From an uncultured Flavobacterium sp. (GTDB lineage Bacteria > Bacteroidota > Bacteroidia > Flavobacteriales > Flavobacteriaceae), in assembly GCA_965650235.1 (NCBI GenBank), contig CBFGNY010000003.1, forward strand, positions 4,520 to 68,519: 64,000 bases of DNA. The letters are read 5' to 3'. This document shows, one piece after another, positions 25,936-34,741 of this stretch (within the stretch, counting starts at the first letter, position 1; each line of letters starts with the position of its first letter). The notes beneath the pieces were generated by a model. That model saw nothing but the letters and a program-made list of their open reading frames with translations, made no database searches and was not told the DNA's origin. A program made the position numbers and the translations under genes.

Positions 25936-26184
25936 ATGAAATTAGAAAGTTTAAAACTAGAGAAGTTTAAAGACAGCATCTTAAAAAGAGAACAAATGTT
26001 TATGTTAAATGGAGGAGGTATTGGATCCAGCGGCGGAACTGTTACTGGCCCTCATGGACCTTCAGGTGAGAGAATGACATACGATTATGGATATGATTCT
26101 CATAGAGATGGAATTCTTACGTATCATAATCGAAGTAATGTAAGACCTCCAATACCAACTGTATTTGTCCCTAGCAGTAGATGA
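25936..26184 (+). CDS. RiPP precursor peptide with double-glycine-type leader
   Basis: Leader MKLESLKLEKFKDSILKREQMFMLNGG, then a 55-aa core rich in G/S/T/D/Y/P. First gene of the ATP-grasp/SPASM cluster. Confidence 0.8.
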   Translation: MKLESLKLEKFKDSILKREQMFMLNGGGIGSSGGTVTGPHGPSGERMTYDYGYDSHRDGILTYHNRSNVRPPIPTVFVPSSR

Positions 26185-26296
26185 TGATTTCTTAACCTAA
26201 ATAATCACTAAATAGGTCATTTTTCAAGTTTGGATTTGTTAAACACAATTCAAACTTGTTTAAATGGTTTAACTATTTTTTAATTTAACAATTATT

Positions 26297-28045
26297 TTGA
26301 AAAGAGTTACAATTGCCCTAATTTTTTTAACAAACCTCCTTTTTGTCAACGTAGTATTAGGACAAAATAAGGTAAAATATACAATCTTCCATCAAAACGA
26401 TTTTGAAAAAAATAAAGTGTTTGATAAAATATACAATTTATGGAAGCAGAAGGACAATTGGTTTTCAAATTCAAAAGATAGCCTATCTTATTTTGTTGAT
26501 GACAGGAACTACAAGGGAATTGTTAATTATGGAGTAGCATTTCGAAGTAAGGGTTATAAAAATTTCCATTTTATTGAAAACTTATCTATGTGCTTTTTAA
26601 AAGTCGAAATAACGAAGTGTGATTATAACACTAAAAGCAATGTGGTAAATATAGAAGGTTTTGTCAGTGGAAATGACGATTGGGGTTGGAATGTATTCAT
26701 TAAAAAGAAAAAAGAAAAAAAATATATCGATATATTTCTTGGTGAAAAAACAGATACTTTAAAAGTATGTTACTTGGGTAAAATTGTAAACAGAGATAGT
26801 GTTGAAGTAAAACTCAATAATAAAGACACGGATGAATTTGCTATTATGGATAGATTTCCTGCTTTTTATTTTAAAAAATATTCTCACCACAAAACAATTT
26901 TAGGGAAGAGACTGCCATTTAGAATAAGCGGAGAGGTTACCAAAAATACACTTCTAGCTTTTGGTTCAGGTACAAGTTATTCTGAGATCTTCGATTTGGG
27001 ATCAATGATTTGGGATCCGGATAAAAATCAACGAAAAAAAGTAAGACGAAAAGAAGAACTTGCCTGCATGCCTTTAATCAGTAATAATAAGCTGATAGCA
27101 GATACTGAAAAGGAAAAAGCACAAAAACAGGAAATCACTTATTATACTTATACACAAAATGCTGAGAATTATATTCTGGCAAGGCAGTATGCGAAAGCAA
27201 AAGAGCAGTACAATTTGCTTGTTCAAAATTATCCACTTGTATTTGCGCGAGATATCCATAATGCTGTCCGTTCCGCCATTTTATCAAGAGATTATACAAA
27301 TGCCTTTTGGTGGGGCGAAAAATTGGCCTTAAAAGGTATTGAACTGCCATATTTCAATTCTAAAATTTTTGCCGGTCTGCGAAAAAATCCGGAATGGAAA
27401 AACTTTAGCATTAAATATGACTCAATATCTAAAGCAGTAAAAGTAAACTGGAATATTCAATTGAAGAAAGAATTAGATGATCTACTTCATGAAGACCAGA
27501 CTGTTTATGGTGTGGAAAACCGAAAAAGCCCAAAAGTGTTATATGAAACTACGGAAAGAGTAACAGATAAATTGATTGACTTGTTAAAAAGGGAAGGCTT
27601 TCCTTCTGAAGAAAAAATAGGCAGTCTTGTTATTAAAGATACTGTATTAATTTCTTTTCCGGATTTTAATGTTTTAATCCTACATGCAATACAAAAAGCA
27701 CCTAAAAATCTAAAAGTTTTAAACGATCTTCTTGATAAAAGCAGTAATAATTTAGAGTATGATCAAAAAAGGAACTTTAATAATATTTTAGGATTTAACT
27801 CATGTTTTCGTATTTATAAAGGTAATTTATACAATTCTAAAGCATGTTCACAAAATAACAGCCTAGAGGTTAGAAAAATAAGTTTCAAATTTAATAATCC
27901 TAATAGTTTTATTATGGATTATGGTAATTATGTGATCGAGGCAGATGATTCTAAAGATCCAAAAGCGGTAGACAACTATTATAGAGAAAATTATAATTTA
28001 ATTATGAAACTAACGGATGACTGGGAGTTTTATGAAAAATATTAG
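26297..28045 (+). CDS. Exported hypothetical protein with TPR-like segment
   Basis: Signal peptide, helical repeat AENYILARQYAKAKEQYNLL, and a C-terminal EDQ...LIDLLKREGFPSEEKIG segment reminiscent of DUF6624-like proteins. Confidence 0.65.
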   Translation: MKRVTIALIFLTNLLFVNVVLGQNKVKYTIFHQNDFEKNKVFDKIYNLWKQKDNWFSNSKDSLSYFVDDRNYKGIVNYGVAFRSKGYKNFHFIENLSMCFLKVEITKCDYNTKSNVVNIEGFVSGNDDWGWNVFIKKKKEKKYIDIFLGEKTDTLKVCYLGKIVNRDSVEVKLNNKDTDEFAIMDRFPAFYFKKYSHHKTILGKRLPFRISGEVTKNTLLAFGSGTSYSEIFDLGSMIWDPDKNQRKKVRRKEELACMPLISNNKLIADTEKEKAQKQEITYYTYTQNAENYILARQYAKAKEQYNLLVQNYPLVFARDIHNAVRSAILSRDYTNAFWWGEKLALKGIELPYFNSKIFAGLRKNPEWKNFSIKYDSISKAVKVNWNIQLKKELDDLLHEDQTVYGVENRKSPKVLYETTERVTDKLIDLLKREGFPSEEKIGSLVIKDTVLISFPDFNVLILHAIQKAPKNLKVLNDLLDKSSNNLEYDQKRNFNNILGFNSCFRIYKGNLYNSKACSQNNSLEVRKISFKFNNPNSFIMDYGNYVIEADDSKDPKAVDNYYRENYNLIMKLTDDWEFYEKY

Positions 28046-28049
28046 TTTT

Positions 28050-28976
28050 ATGATTTTGATTTATAGTAAAGATGTAGATGATTTTGTAAATGATGTAATT
28101 GATTGTTTAGATCAGGATTTTATAAGAATAGGAGAATCAGATAAAGTTACGATTGATGGCATGAATTTTAGTAATGAAAGTAGTTCTTACATTTTAAAAA
28201 CACCATATTTAGAAAATATAGAATTAGAAGAAATTAAAAGTGTTTGGTTTAATGGTGGATGCATTAATTCGGGGGAGAGTGATTATGAAGATAAATGTTA
28301 TGAAGTTCTAAATGATGCTTTTGTTTTACAAAAGCCAGTAAAAAAAATAGGAAGAAGAATTGCAGATTTTGAAACTAATCGCCTTGATATCATGCTGGAA
28401 GCAAAAGTGCAAGGACTAAAAATTCCCCATACCCTGATTACCGGAAGCAAAGAAAAACTAAAAAACTTCTATAATGTTTATACTCATAAAAACGGTATAA
28501 TTTCCAAAAGAATACTAGATACGCTCTATTATCAGGATGAAGAATTTTTATATAATTTTAATGTAACTTTTCAAATAACTTCTGAAATTCTGGACAAAAC
28601 GCCTAATGAATTTACAATTTCATTTTTTCAGGAAAGAATCATAGCCGATTTTGAAATTAGAGTAATTTACATTGATGGTTGTTTTTATTCCATAGCAATT
28701 CACAATTTTGATAATTCTATAGATATCAGAACTAAATTTATAGAAATGGATAATTTAAGAATGATTCCTTTTAAATTGCCGGCGGACATTGAAGAAAAAC
28801 TTGAAAAAGTTTTTAAAATTTTTAATCTTAATTATGGTTCGGTTGATCTTATGTACTGTAACGATGAATACTATTTTCTTGAAATAAATCCAACAGGACA
28901 AATAAGCTTTGTCAATAATGCCTGCAATTATTACATAGAAAATAAATTCGCTGATATTTTAAAAAATGGAAAATAA
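28050..28976 (+). CDS. ATP-grasp peptide maturase, grasp-with-SPASM type
   Basis: KIPHTLITGSK, FFQERI..FEIRVIYI, YGSVDLM and YYFLEINPTGQ. ATG 28050 (MILIYS) lies 4 nt after the upstream stop. Confidence 0.88.
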   Translation: MILIYSKDVDDFVNDVIDCLDQDFIRIGESDKVTIDGMNFSNESSSYILKTPYLENIELEEIKSVWFNGGCINSGESDYEDKCYEVLNDAFVLQKPVKKIGRRIADFETNRLDIMLEAKVQGLKIPHTLITGSKEKLKNFYNVYTHKNGIISKRILDTLYYQDEEFLYNFNVTFQITSEILDKTPNEFTISFFQERIIADFEIRVIYIDGCFYSIAIHNFDNSIDIRTKFIEMDNLRMIPFKLPADIEEKLEKVFKIFNLNYGSVDLMYCNDEYYFLEINPTGQISFVNNACNYYIENKFADILKNGK

Positions 28977-29133
28977 AAAACCCATCAATATTTTTAATGG
29001 TTTGAAATCAAAAGTTGATAGAGAAAGTCAAGTTCAAATTAAGCATAAAAGTACTCTGATTAAGATTCAATCGTATCAAAATTCTAAGAATATCTCTAAA
29101 CCTTTTGTCAAACCTATTTCTAAAATAATCTAA
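28966..29133 (+). CDS. Small 55-aa Lys/Ser-rich ORF missing from the ORF track
   Basis: MENKKPINIFNGLKSKVDRESQVQIKHKSTLIKIQSYQNSKNISKPFVKPISKII. The ATG overlaps the ATP-grasp 3' end by 11 nt and the TAA ends 1 nt before the SPASM gene TTG. Confidence 0.6.
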   Translation: MENKKPINIFNGLKSKVDRESQVQIKHKSTLIKIQSYQNSKNISKPFVKPISKII

Positions 29134-29134
29134 T

Positions 29135-30226
29135 TTGAAACAATCAGCCTTTATTCTTTTTGCAGACTGTATTCCTACAAAAGGATTTAACAGGAGTATT
29201 ATTTGTGATACAAAAAACAACAATTATGTCTTCATACCCAATGGATTATATGATATTTTAGAAATGTATAATGGTAAAACCATTGAAGAGATAAAGAATG
29301 ATTTTGAACATCAATATGATGAGATAATTGATGAATATTTTGATTTTTTAATCCAAAATAAATTTATTTTTTTTAATTCAAATCCACATTTATTTCCTAA
29401 AATAGCTACTGAGTGGAATTCCCCTTCCTTAATAACAAATATTATTATAGATTATGACGAAATAATGCATGATTTTAAGGCTTTAATACCACAATTTGAA
29501 GTATTAAAATGTTCCTACATTCAATTGCGATTTTATAAAAACATTAGTATTGCTTATATAAAGAGCATTGCAGAAACCTTAAAGAAAGAAAAATCCAGAA
29601 TTGTTTCAATCGATTTTATAATTCCTTATTATGAAAGTTTCAATTTAGAAGAAGTAAACGATATACTATCTGAAAACAACAGGATACATTCGATTATTCT
29701 TTTTAATTCGCCTCATGATAAAAGCTATGAACCCTTAAGGCAGAAAATGGGATATGTCATGTTGGTAAAAAGAAATATAGTTAATGAAAAACATTGCGGA
29801 ATAATCAATGAAGAATATTTCTATTCAAACATTAAACTTTTTAGCGAATCTCAACATCACAACACTTGTTTGAACAAAAAAATTTCGATAGACAAAGTTG
29901 GTGACATAAAAAATTGTCCCTCAATGCCTGTGAGTTTTGGTAATATAAAAGACATAACATTAGAAAAAGCATTAAATCAAGGAGATTTTAAAAAATACTG
30001 GAATATTACAAAAGATGAAATAATTGTTTGTAAAGATTGTGAGTTTCGACATATTTGTACAGATTGCCGTGCTTACATAGAAGATAATGATAATATTAAT
30101 TCTAAACCATTAAAATGTGGCTACGATCCGTATACTAATGAATGGTCGGAATGGAGTAAAAATCCCTTAAAGCAAAAAGGAATTGATTATTATAGTATGA
30201 GAGAACTAATAAAATATAATACTTAA
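29135..30226 (+). CDS. SPASM-domain peptide maturase, grasp-with-SPASM type (no radical SAM core motif)
   Basis: N-terminal FADCIPTKGFNRSIICD. SPASM cysteines in HNTCLNKKISID, NCPSM, CKDCEFRHICTDCRAY and CGYDPY. No CxxxCxxC. Confidence 0.9.
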   Translation: MKQSAFILFADCIPTKGFNRSIICDTKNNNYVFIPNGLYDILEMYNGKTIEEIKNDFEHQYDEIIDEYFDFLIQNKFIFFNSNPHLFPKIATEWNSPSLITNIIIDYDEIMHDFKALIPQFEVLKCSYIQLRFYKNISIAYIKSIAETLKKEKSRIVSIDFIIPYYESFNLEEVNDILSENNRIHSIILFNSPHDKSYEPLRQKMGYVMLVKRNIVNEKHCGIINEEYFYSNIKLFSESQHHNTCLNKKISIDKVGDIKNCPSMPVSFGNIKDITLEKALNQGDFKKYWNITKDEIIVCKDCEFRHICTDCRAYIEDNDNINSKPLKCGYDPYTNEWSEWSKNPLKQKGIDYYSMRELIKYNT

Positions 30227-30619
30227 AATTTTTCCCCAATTACAAACAGGCAGATTATAAAGTGTGGTCCTACCTGTTTAAAAATAATTGCTAAGCAATA
30301 CGATAAACTATCCATATTCAGGAGTTAAGAGATAGTAGCGAAACACCTCGTGAAGGTAGTAATTTGTTTTTTTTTTAAGCGATGCCGCAGAAAAAATTGG
30401 TTTTAGATCATTAGGAGTAAAGCTAGATGTAAAAAGATTAAAAGAAGCGCCTTTGCCATGTATTTTGCATTGGAATAAAAATCATTACGTAGTACTTTAT
30501 AAAATCAAAAAGAATTTATTACATTTCAGATCCGGACTTTGGTTTAATAGAAATATAATGAAAAAGATTTTCTTAAGTTTTGTATAGGAAATAATGCAGA
30601 TGATTCGACTCAGGACGGA
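30223..30619 (+). pseudogene. Peptidase C39 domain fragment of a peptidase-containing ABC transporter
   Basis: Across several frameshifts reads FPNYKQADYK.CGPTCLKIIAKQY...REGSNL...SDAAEKIGFRSLGVKL...APLPCILHWNKNHYVVLYKIK...ISDPDFGLIEYNEKDFLKF..GNNADDSTQDG, then stops resembling the transporter. Confidence 0.88.
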
Positions 30620-31062
30620 AACACATCAGGGAGTTGAATTATACTTTAAAATCGTCCGTTAGAGGAGTTATTACTTTTTTACAGGCTTGGACAGAAATCA
30701 AACTAATAACAGAGGAGATAATGTGTTTTCAATAATACCCGATTCGAAAAATGGTTTTGTTGACAAGGTAAAAACACCGGCACTAAATTCTGGAAAAATA
30801 AAAGTAGTTCAAAAGTGAATATTGGCCTCGCAAATTTCCTGTTATAAAATTTGGAGGTTTATCTGGTAGAATTCAAAATATTTCTTTAGTTCCTGACAAA
30901 GATGGAAATTTATTACTGGATGTTGCTCTTCCAAACGGATTGAAAACATCTTATAAAAAACAAATTATTTCAGCAGGAAATGAAAGGAAGTGCCGAAAAT
31001 TGTAACTGACGATTTACATTTACTGGAGAGAATTCTATATCAGTTTAAAAGTATTTTTTTTA
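30620..31062 (+). pseudogene. C-terminal fragment of a HlyD-family membrane fusion protein
   Basis: Frameshifted fragments RGVITFLQAWTE, GDNVFSIIPDSKNGFV.KVKTPALNSGKIKV, IQNISLVPDKDGNLLLDVALPNGLKTSYKKQI, QQEMKGSAE and IVTDDLHLLERILYQFKSIF. Confidence 0.82.
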
Positions 31063-31107
31063 ACAAGTTTAAAGCAAACTATTTAACCAACCAAAAATTA
31101 TTTTACA

Positions 31108-32748
31108 ATGAAAAAAACCTTACTAATTATTCTTGTTTTATTATTTCAAAATTCATTTTCGAAACCAATAACCGAAACCCAAAAACTCGCTGCAACATGC
31201 AAAATTTGGGGATTTTTAAAATATTATCATCCTAATGTTGCCGATGGAAGTAAAAACTGGGATGAACAATTATTTCAGGTTTTACCAAAAGTAGAACAGG
31301 CAAAATCAGCAGAAGAATTTTCTTTAGTAATAGAAAACTGGATGGTTTCACTAGGTGAAGTAAAAGCTTATAAAGCTGCTGAGACAGTTAAAAAAGAAAA
31401 TATTTTTGATAAAAATTTTAATCTCTCGTGGGTATTAAAAAATGAATTATTCACTAAATCACTTTCTAAAAAGCTGAAATTTATTGAAGAAAACAGAATT
31501 CAGGGCAAGCAATTTTACTACACCTCAGACCCTTATATAAAAGTTCAAAACGAAATTAAATATCCTGATTTTAAATGGACTGATAAGAATTTGCGTCTTT
31601 TGGCTCTTTTTCGTTATTGGAATCAAATAGAATATTTTTTTCCATATAAATATAAAATGGATGAAAACTGGGATGCTGTTTTAATACAAATGATGCCAAA
31701 ATTTATAACTGCTGAATCTGAGATGGATTTTGTTTTAGCAATGCGTGAAATTTCAATAAAATTAAATGACACCCATTCTTCTACTTCATCATTTAAGTTA
31801 TATGATTATTTTGGTGATAAATTTGTCTCTTTTGATGTTGCATTTATTGATAATAAAGCTGTTGTTGTCAAGTTTAAGAATGATTCGCTGTCTAAAAATG
31901 ACGATATTAGAATAGGAGATGTGATTACTAAAGTGGATGGGAAAACGGTTGAAGATTTAATGAATGAAAAGCAGAAATATGTAGAAGGATCAAACAAACC
32001 TGCAATTTTAAAAAATATTTATTGGGCCGTTTTTAATGGAAAAACAGAATCAATCGAGATTGAATTTAGTCGCAACAATAATAGTTCACTTAAAACAATT
32101 AAACGCTATAAATATCAAAATTTAAATATCCAATTTAAGAACGAAGAGAAGTGGAGACTTTTAGAGGATAATATTGGATATATTGATGTTGAATCAATAA
32201 AAGTAGATGAACTTCCGGATGTTATGGCGCAATTTAAAAACACAAAAGCTATAGTTTTTGATGCGAGAAAATATCCGCAGGAAGATAATATTGAAGAAAG
32301 TATAGCTTCTTATATATACCCTGAAGAAAAAGCGTACGCAAAATTTATTGATGCAGATTTAACATATCCAGGCCGATATATTTGGAGAGAAGATCAAAAA
32401 ACGGGAAGAACAAATCCGGAATACTATAAAGGAAAAGTGATTATTCTAGAAAATGAGTTTACTCAAAGTCACGGAGAACATTTGGTAATGTGTTTACAAG
32501 CGGCACCAAATGCTACAATTATTGGTAGCCAGACAGCGGGTGCTGATGGTGGAATTTGCTCATATGAAATTATAAAGGGTTTCAATACGATTTTTACTGG
32601 ATTTGGTATTTTTTATCCAAATAAAAAAGAAACACAACGTATTGGCATTGTTCCGGACATTGAAGTAAAACCAACTATTTTAGGTATTCAGCAAGGTAAA
32701 GATGAGGTGCTTGAAAGAGCGATTCTTTTTGCTAAAAAAGGGAAATAA
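31108..32748 (+). CDS. S41 family peptidase, exported
   Basis: Signal peptide, KIWGFLKYYHP, FRYWNQIEYFFPYK, PDZ-like GDVITKVDG, TQSHGE, IIGSQTAGADG and GIVPDIEVKPT. Confidence 0.92.
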   Translation: MKKTLLIILVLLFQNSFSKPITETQKLAATCKIWGFLKYYHPNVADGSKNWDEQLFQVLPKVEQAKSAEEFSLVIENWMVSLGEVKAYKAAETVKKENIFDKNFNLSWVLKNELFTKSLSKKLKFIEENRIQGKQFYYTSDPYIKVQNEIKYPDFKWTDKNLRLLALFRYWNQIEYFFPYKYKMDENWDAVLIQMMPKFITAESEMDFVLAMREISIKLNDTHSSTSSFKLYDYFGDKFVSFDVAFIDNKAVVVKFKNDSLSKNDDIRIGDVITKVDGKTVEDLMNEKQKYVEGSNKPAILKNIYWAVFNGKTESIEIEFSRNNNSSLKTIKRYKYQNLNIQFKNEEKWRLLEDNIGYIDVESIKVDELPDVMAQFKNTKAIVFDARKYPQEDNIEESIASYIYPEEKAYAKFIDADLTYPGRYIWREDQKTGRTNPEYYKGKVIILENEFTQSHGEHLVMCLQAAPNATIIGSQTAGADGGICSYEIIKGFNTIFTGFGIFYPNKKETQRIGIVPDIEVKPTILGIQQGKDEVLERAILFAKKGK

Positions 32749-32750
32749 TA

Positions 32751-32796
32751 AAAAAACATCTTTGTCAGGTTGAGAAATCTGACAAAGATGTTTTTT
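32751..32796. terminator. Bidirectional terminator between convergent genes
   Basis: aaaaaacatctttgtcag / ctgacaaagatgtttttt, perfect 18-bp stem. Confidence 0.85.
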
Positions 32797-33502
32797 ACAT
32801 CTTCAAATAAAACTCTTTCGTCAATTCAATATATTCAGGAGTATATGTATGCCTGTCAATTTCGATAGTCAATTCATCGATTTTGATTTCATGATCTTGA
32901 TTTCGGCTAAAAGCCAGTAAACTACGCTTAACAGGAGAGGTCAGGTTTCCTTTTATGCGAGTAATTTTTAGAGGATATAATTCAAATTCTTTTGCTAAAG
33001 CAATAAAATTATCCTCTTCTTTGAATGGAAGTATAACAGCAAATATTCCGTTTTCAGAAAGCATTAAATCAGCAGCTTCGATCAATTCTTCAAAAGGCAT
33101 GGCATCCTGAAAGCGTGCCAAATCCCGTTGTTCGCTTTCTGTTTTATAATCTTCAGAATAAAAAGGAGGATTCGAAACAATCAAATCATATTCATCCTCC
33201 GGTTCATCAATAAATTCATCTAAACCGGCATGGAAACAAAATAAGCGATCTTCCCAAGGTGAATTTTCAAAATTTTCAACAGCTTGTTCGTAAGCGTCTT
33301 CATCGATTTCAAGAGCATCAATTTGTTCAGCATTTGTGCGCTGAGCTAACATTAAGGCAATGATCCCGGTTCCTGAACCAATATCCAATATGCTGAACGG
33401 ATTGTGGTTTACAGGAGCCCATGCACCCAATAAAACACCATCTGTTCCGACTTTCATCGCACAACGATCTTGATAAACAGCAAATTGTTTGAACTGAAAC
33501 AT
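32795..33502 (-). CDS. trmN6: tRNA1(Val) adenine(37)-N6 methyltransferase
   Basis: FQFKQF, MKVGTDGVLLGAW, ILDIGSGTG and IVSNPPFY. Confidence 0.9.
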   Translation of the reverse strand: MFQFKQFAVYQDRCAMKVGTDGVLLGAWAPVNHNPFSILDIGSGTGIIALMLAQRTNAEQIDALEIDEDAYEQAVENFENSPWEDRLFCFHAGLDEFIDEPEDEYDLIVSNPPFYSEDYKTESEQRDLARFQDAMPFEELIEAADLMLSENGIFAVILPFKEEDNFIALAKEFELYPLKITRIKGNLTSPVKRSLLAFSRNQDHEIKIDELTIEIDRHTYTPEYIELTKEFYLKM

Positions 33503-33537
33503 TTGTAGAAAATTAATTTTTTAATATCAGATGAAAA

Positions 33538-33565
33538 ACTGAATACTAAAAACTGCAAACTGAAT
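33538..33565. repeat. Short heptamer array between rimM and trmN6
   Basis: ACTGAAT ACTAAAA ACTGCAA ACTGAAT in 7-nt register. Confidence 0.5.
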
Positions 33566-33571
33566 ACTTTT

Positions 33572-34096
33572 TTAAAGGTACATCTCCACCAATCCTTCCG
33601 GCAGATTCATAATGACTTTTTTATTCTCACGGTCAATTTTTACAAGAAAATGATCTATCATCGGAATTAACATTTCGACTTCGCCATTTAAAACTTCAAA
33701 AAGTGGTTGAGCGGTAGTGTCGTTAACTGCCACAATTTTTCCGAAAACACCTAAACGCTGATCTTCAATTTCGAAACCAATAACTTCGTGAAAATAAAAT
33801 TTGTTGCCTGAAAGTTTTGGCAGCATGGTTAAAGGAAGGTAAATAGCATTGCCAAGTAAAGCATCTGCATCTTCTTCGGTATTTACATCTTCAAAACGAA
33901 TTCTAAGAAAATCGTTTTTGTGTATAGAACTTGTTTCAATAAAAAAAGGAACCAAGTGTTTGTTGCATTCAACAAACACTGATTCCAGATTTTCGTATAA
34001 CTCAGGTTCGTCTGTGTCTAAATAAGCCAGGACTTCACCTTTGAAACTAAATTTTTTAGCGATTTTACCTAAATAAAAACATTCTTCTTTACGCAT
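33572..34096 (-). CDS. rimM: Ribosome maturation factor RimM
   Basis: LGKIAKKFSFKGEV, LVPFFIE, FYFHEVIGF and LPEGLVEMYL; adjacent to rpsP. Confidence 0.95.
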   Translation of the reverse strand: MRKEECFYLGKIAKKFSFKGEVLAYLDTDEPELYENLESVFVECNKHLVPFFIETSSIHKNDFLRIRFEDVNTEEDADALLGNAIYLPLTMLPKLSGNKFYFHEVIGFEIEDQRLGVFGKIVAVNDTTAQPLFEVLNGEVEMLIPMIDHFLVKIDRENKKVIMNLPEGLVEMYL

Positions 34097-34111
34097 TATC
34101 GCTAACTAAAA

Positions 34112-34684
34112 TTATGCCTCAGTTGTTTCGTTATTCTCTTCAGCAGCAGGAGCTTCTTCAGTAGCAGCTTCCGCTTCAACTTCAGCAACTTCTTCCTCAA
34201 CTGCAGGAGTTGCAGCAGCGATAGCATCAGCTTCAGCCTGAGCAGCAGCAGCTAAACGTTTAGCATTCACTTCTTGTTCTGCTTTAAAAGCTTTAGCTTT
34301 AGCATCAGCTTGCGCTTTTGTTAAACCGTCTTTTTTAGCATCAACTTTTCCAGCTTTAGCTTCTAACCAAGCAGCTAATTTTGCATCAGCTTGTTCCTGA
34401 GTTAAAGCACCTTTACGAATACCTCCATCAAGGTGGTGTTTCAATAAAGCTCCTTTGTATGAAAGGATTGCTCTTGCAGTATCTGTTGGCTGAGCACCAT
34501 TGTGCAACCATTTTACAGCGCTATCGATGTTTAATTCGATAGTTGCAGGGTTTGTGTTTGGATTGTAAGTACCGATTTTCTCTAAGTATTTACCATCTCT
34601 TTTTGAGCGTGCATCTGCAGCTACAACCCAGTAAAAAGGTTTTTGTTTTTTACCGTGTCTTTGTAATCTAATTTTTACTGACAT
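34112..34684 (-). CDS. rpsP: 30S ribosomal protein S16 with Ala/Glu-rich extension
   Basis: MSVKIRLQRHGKK..PFYWVVAADARSKRDG..LEKIGTYNP and GAQPTDTA. Confidence 0.97.
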   Translation of the reverse strand: MSVKIRLQRHGKKQKPFYWVVAADARSKRDGKYLEKIGTYNPNTNPATIELNIDSAVKWLHNGAQPTDTARAILSYKGALLKHHLDGGIRKGALTQEQADAKLAAWLEAKAGKVDAKKDGLTKAQADAKAKAFKAEQEVNAKRLAAAAQAEADAIAAATPAVEEEVAEVEAEAATEEAPAAEENNETTEA

Positions 34685-34733
34685 AATCGTATGATTAAAT
34701 TTTGAGGTACTCGACCTCTGTTAATTAAGGGCG

Positions 34734-34741
34734 CAAAGATA
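34734..34741 (-). promoter_or_regulatory. -7 promoter box for rpsP
   Basis: Minus-strand TATCTTTG (TAnnTTTG), about 50 nt upstream of the start. Confidence 0.6.

Noticed and set aside
29135-30226. SPASM protein as a radical SAM enzyme
   Set aside because: No CxxxCxxC motif; only the C-terminal SPASM cysteines are present.
30990-31235. 81-aa ORF as a gene
   Set aside because: It is the tail of the HlyD pseudogene running out of frame into the S41 gene start.
34112-34330. Ala/Glu-rich low-complexity tail of S16
   Set aside because: Long C-terminal extensions are normal for Bacteroidota S16.
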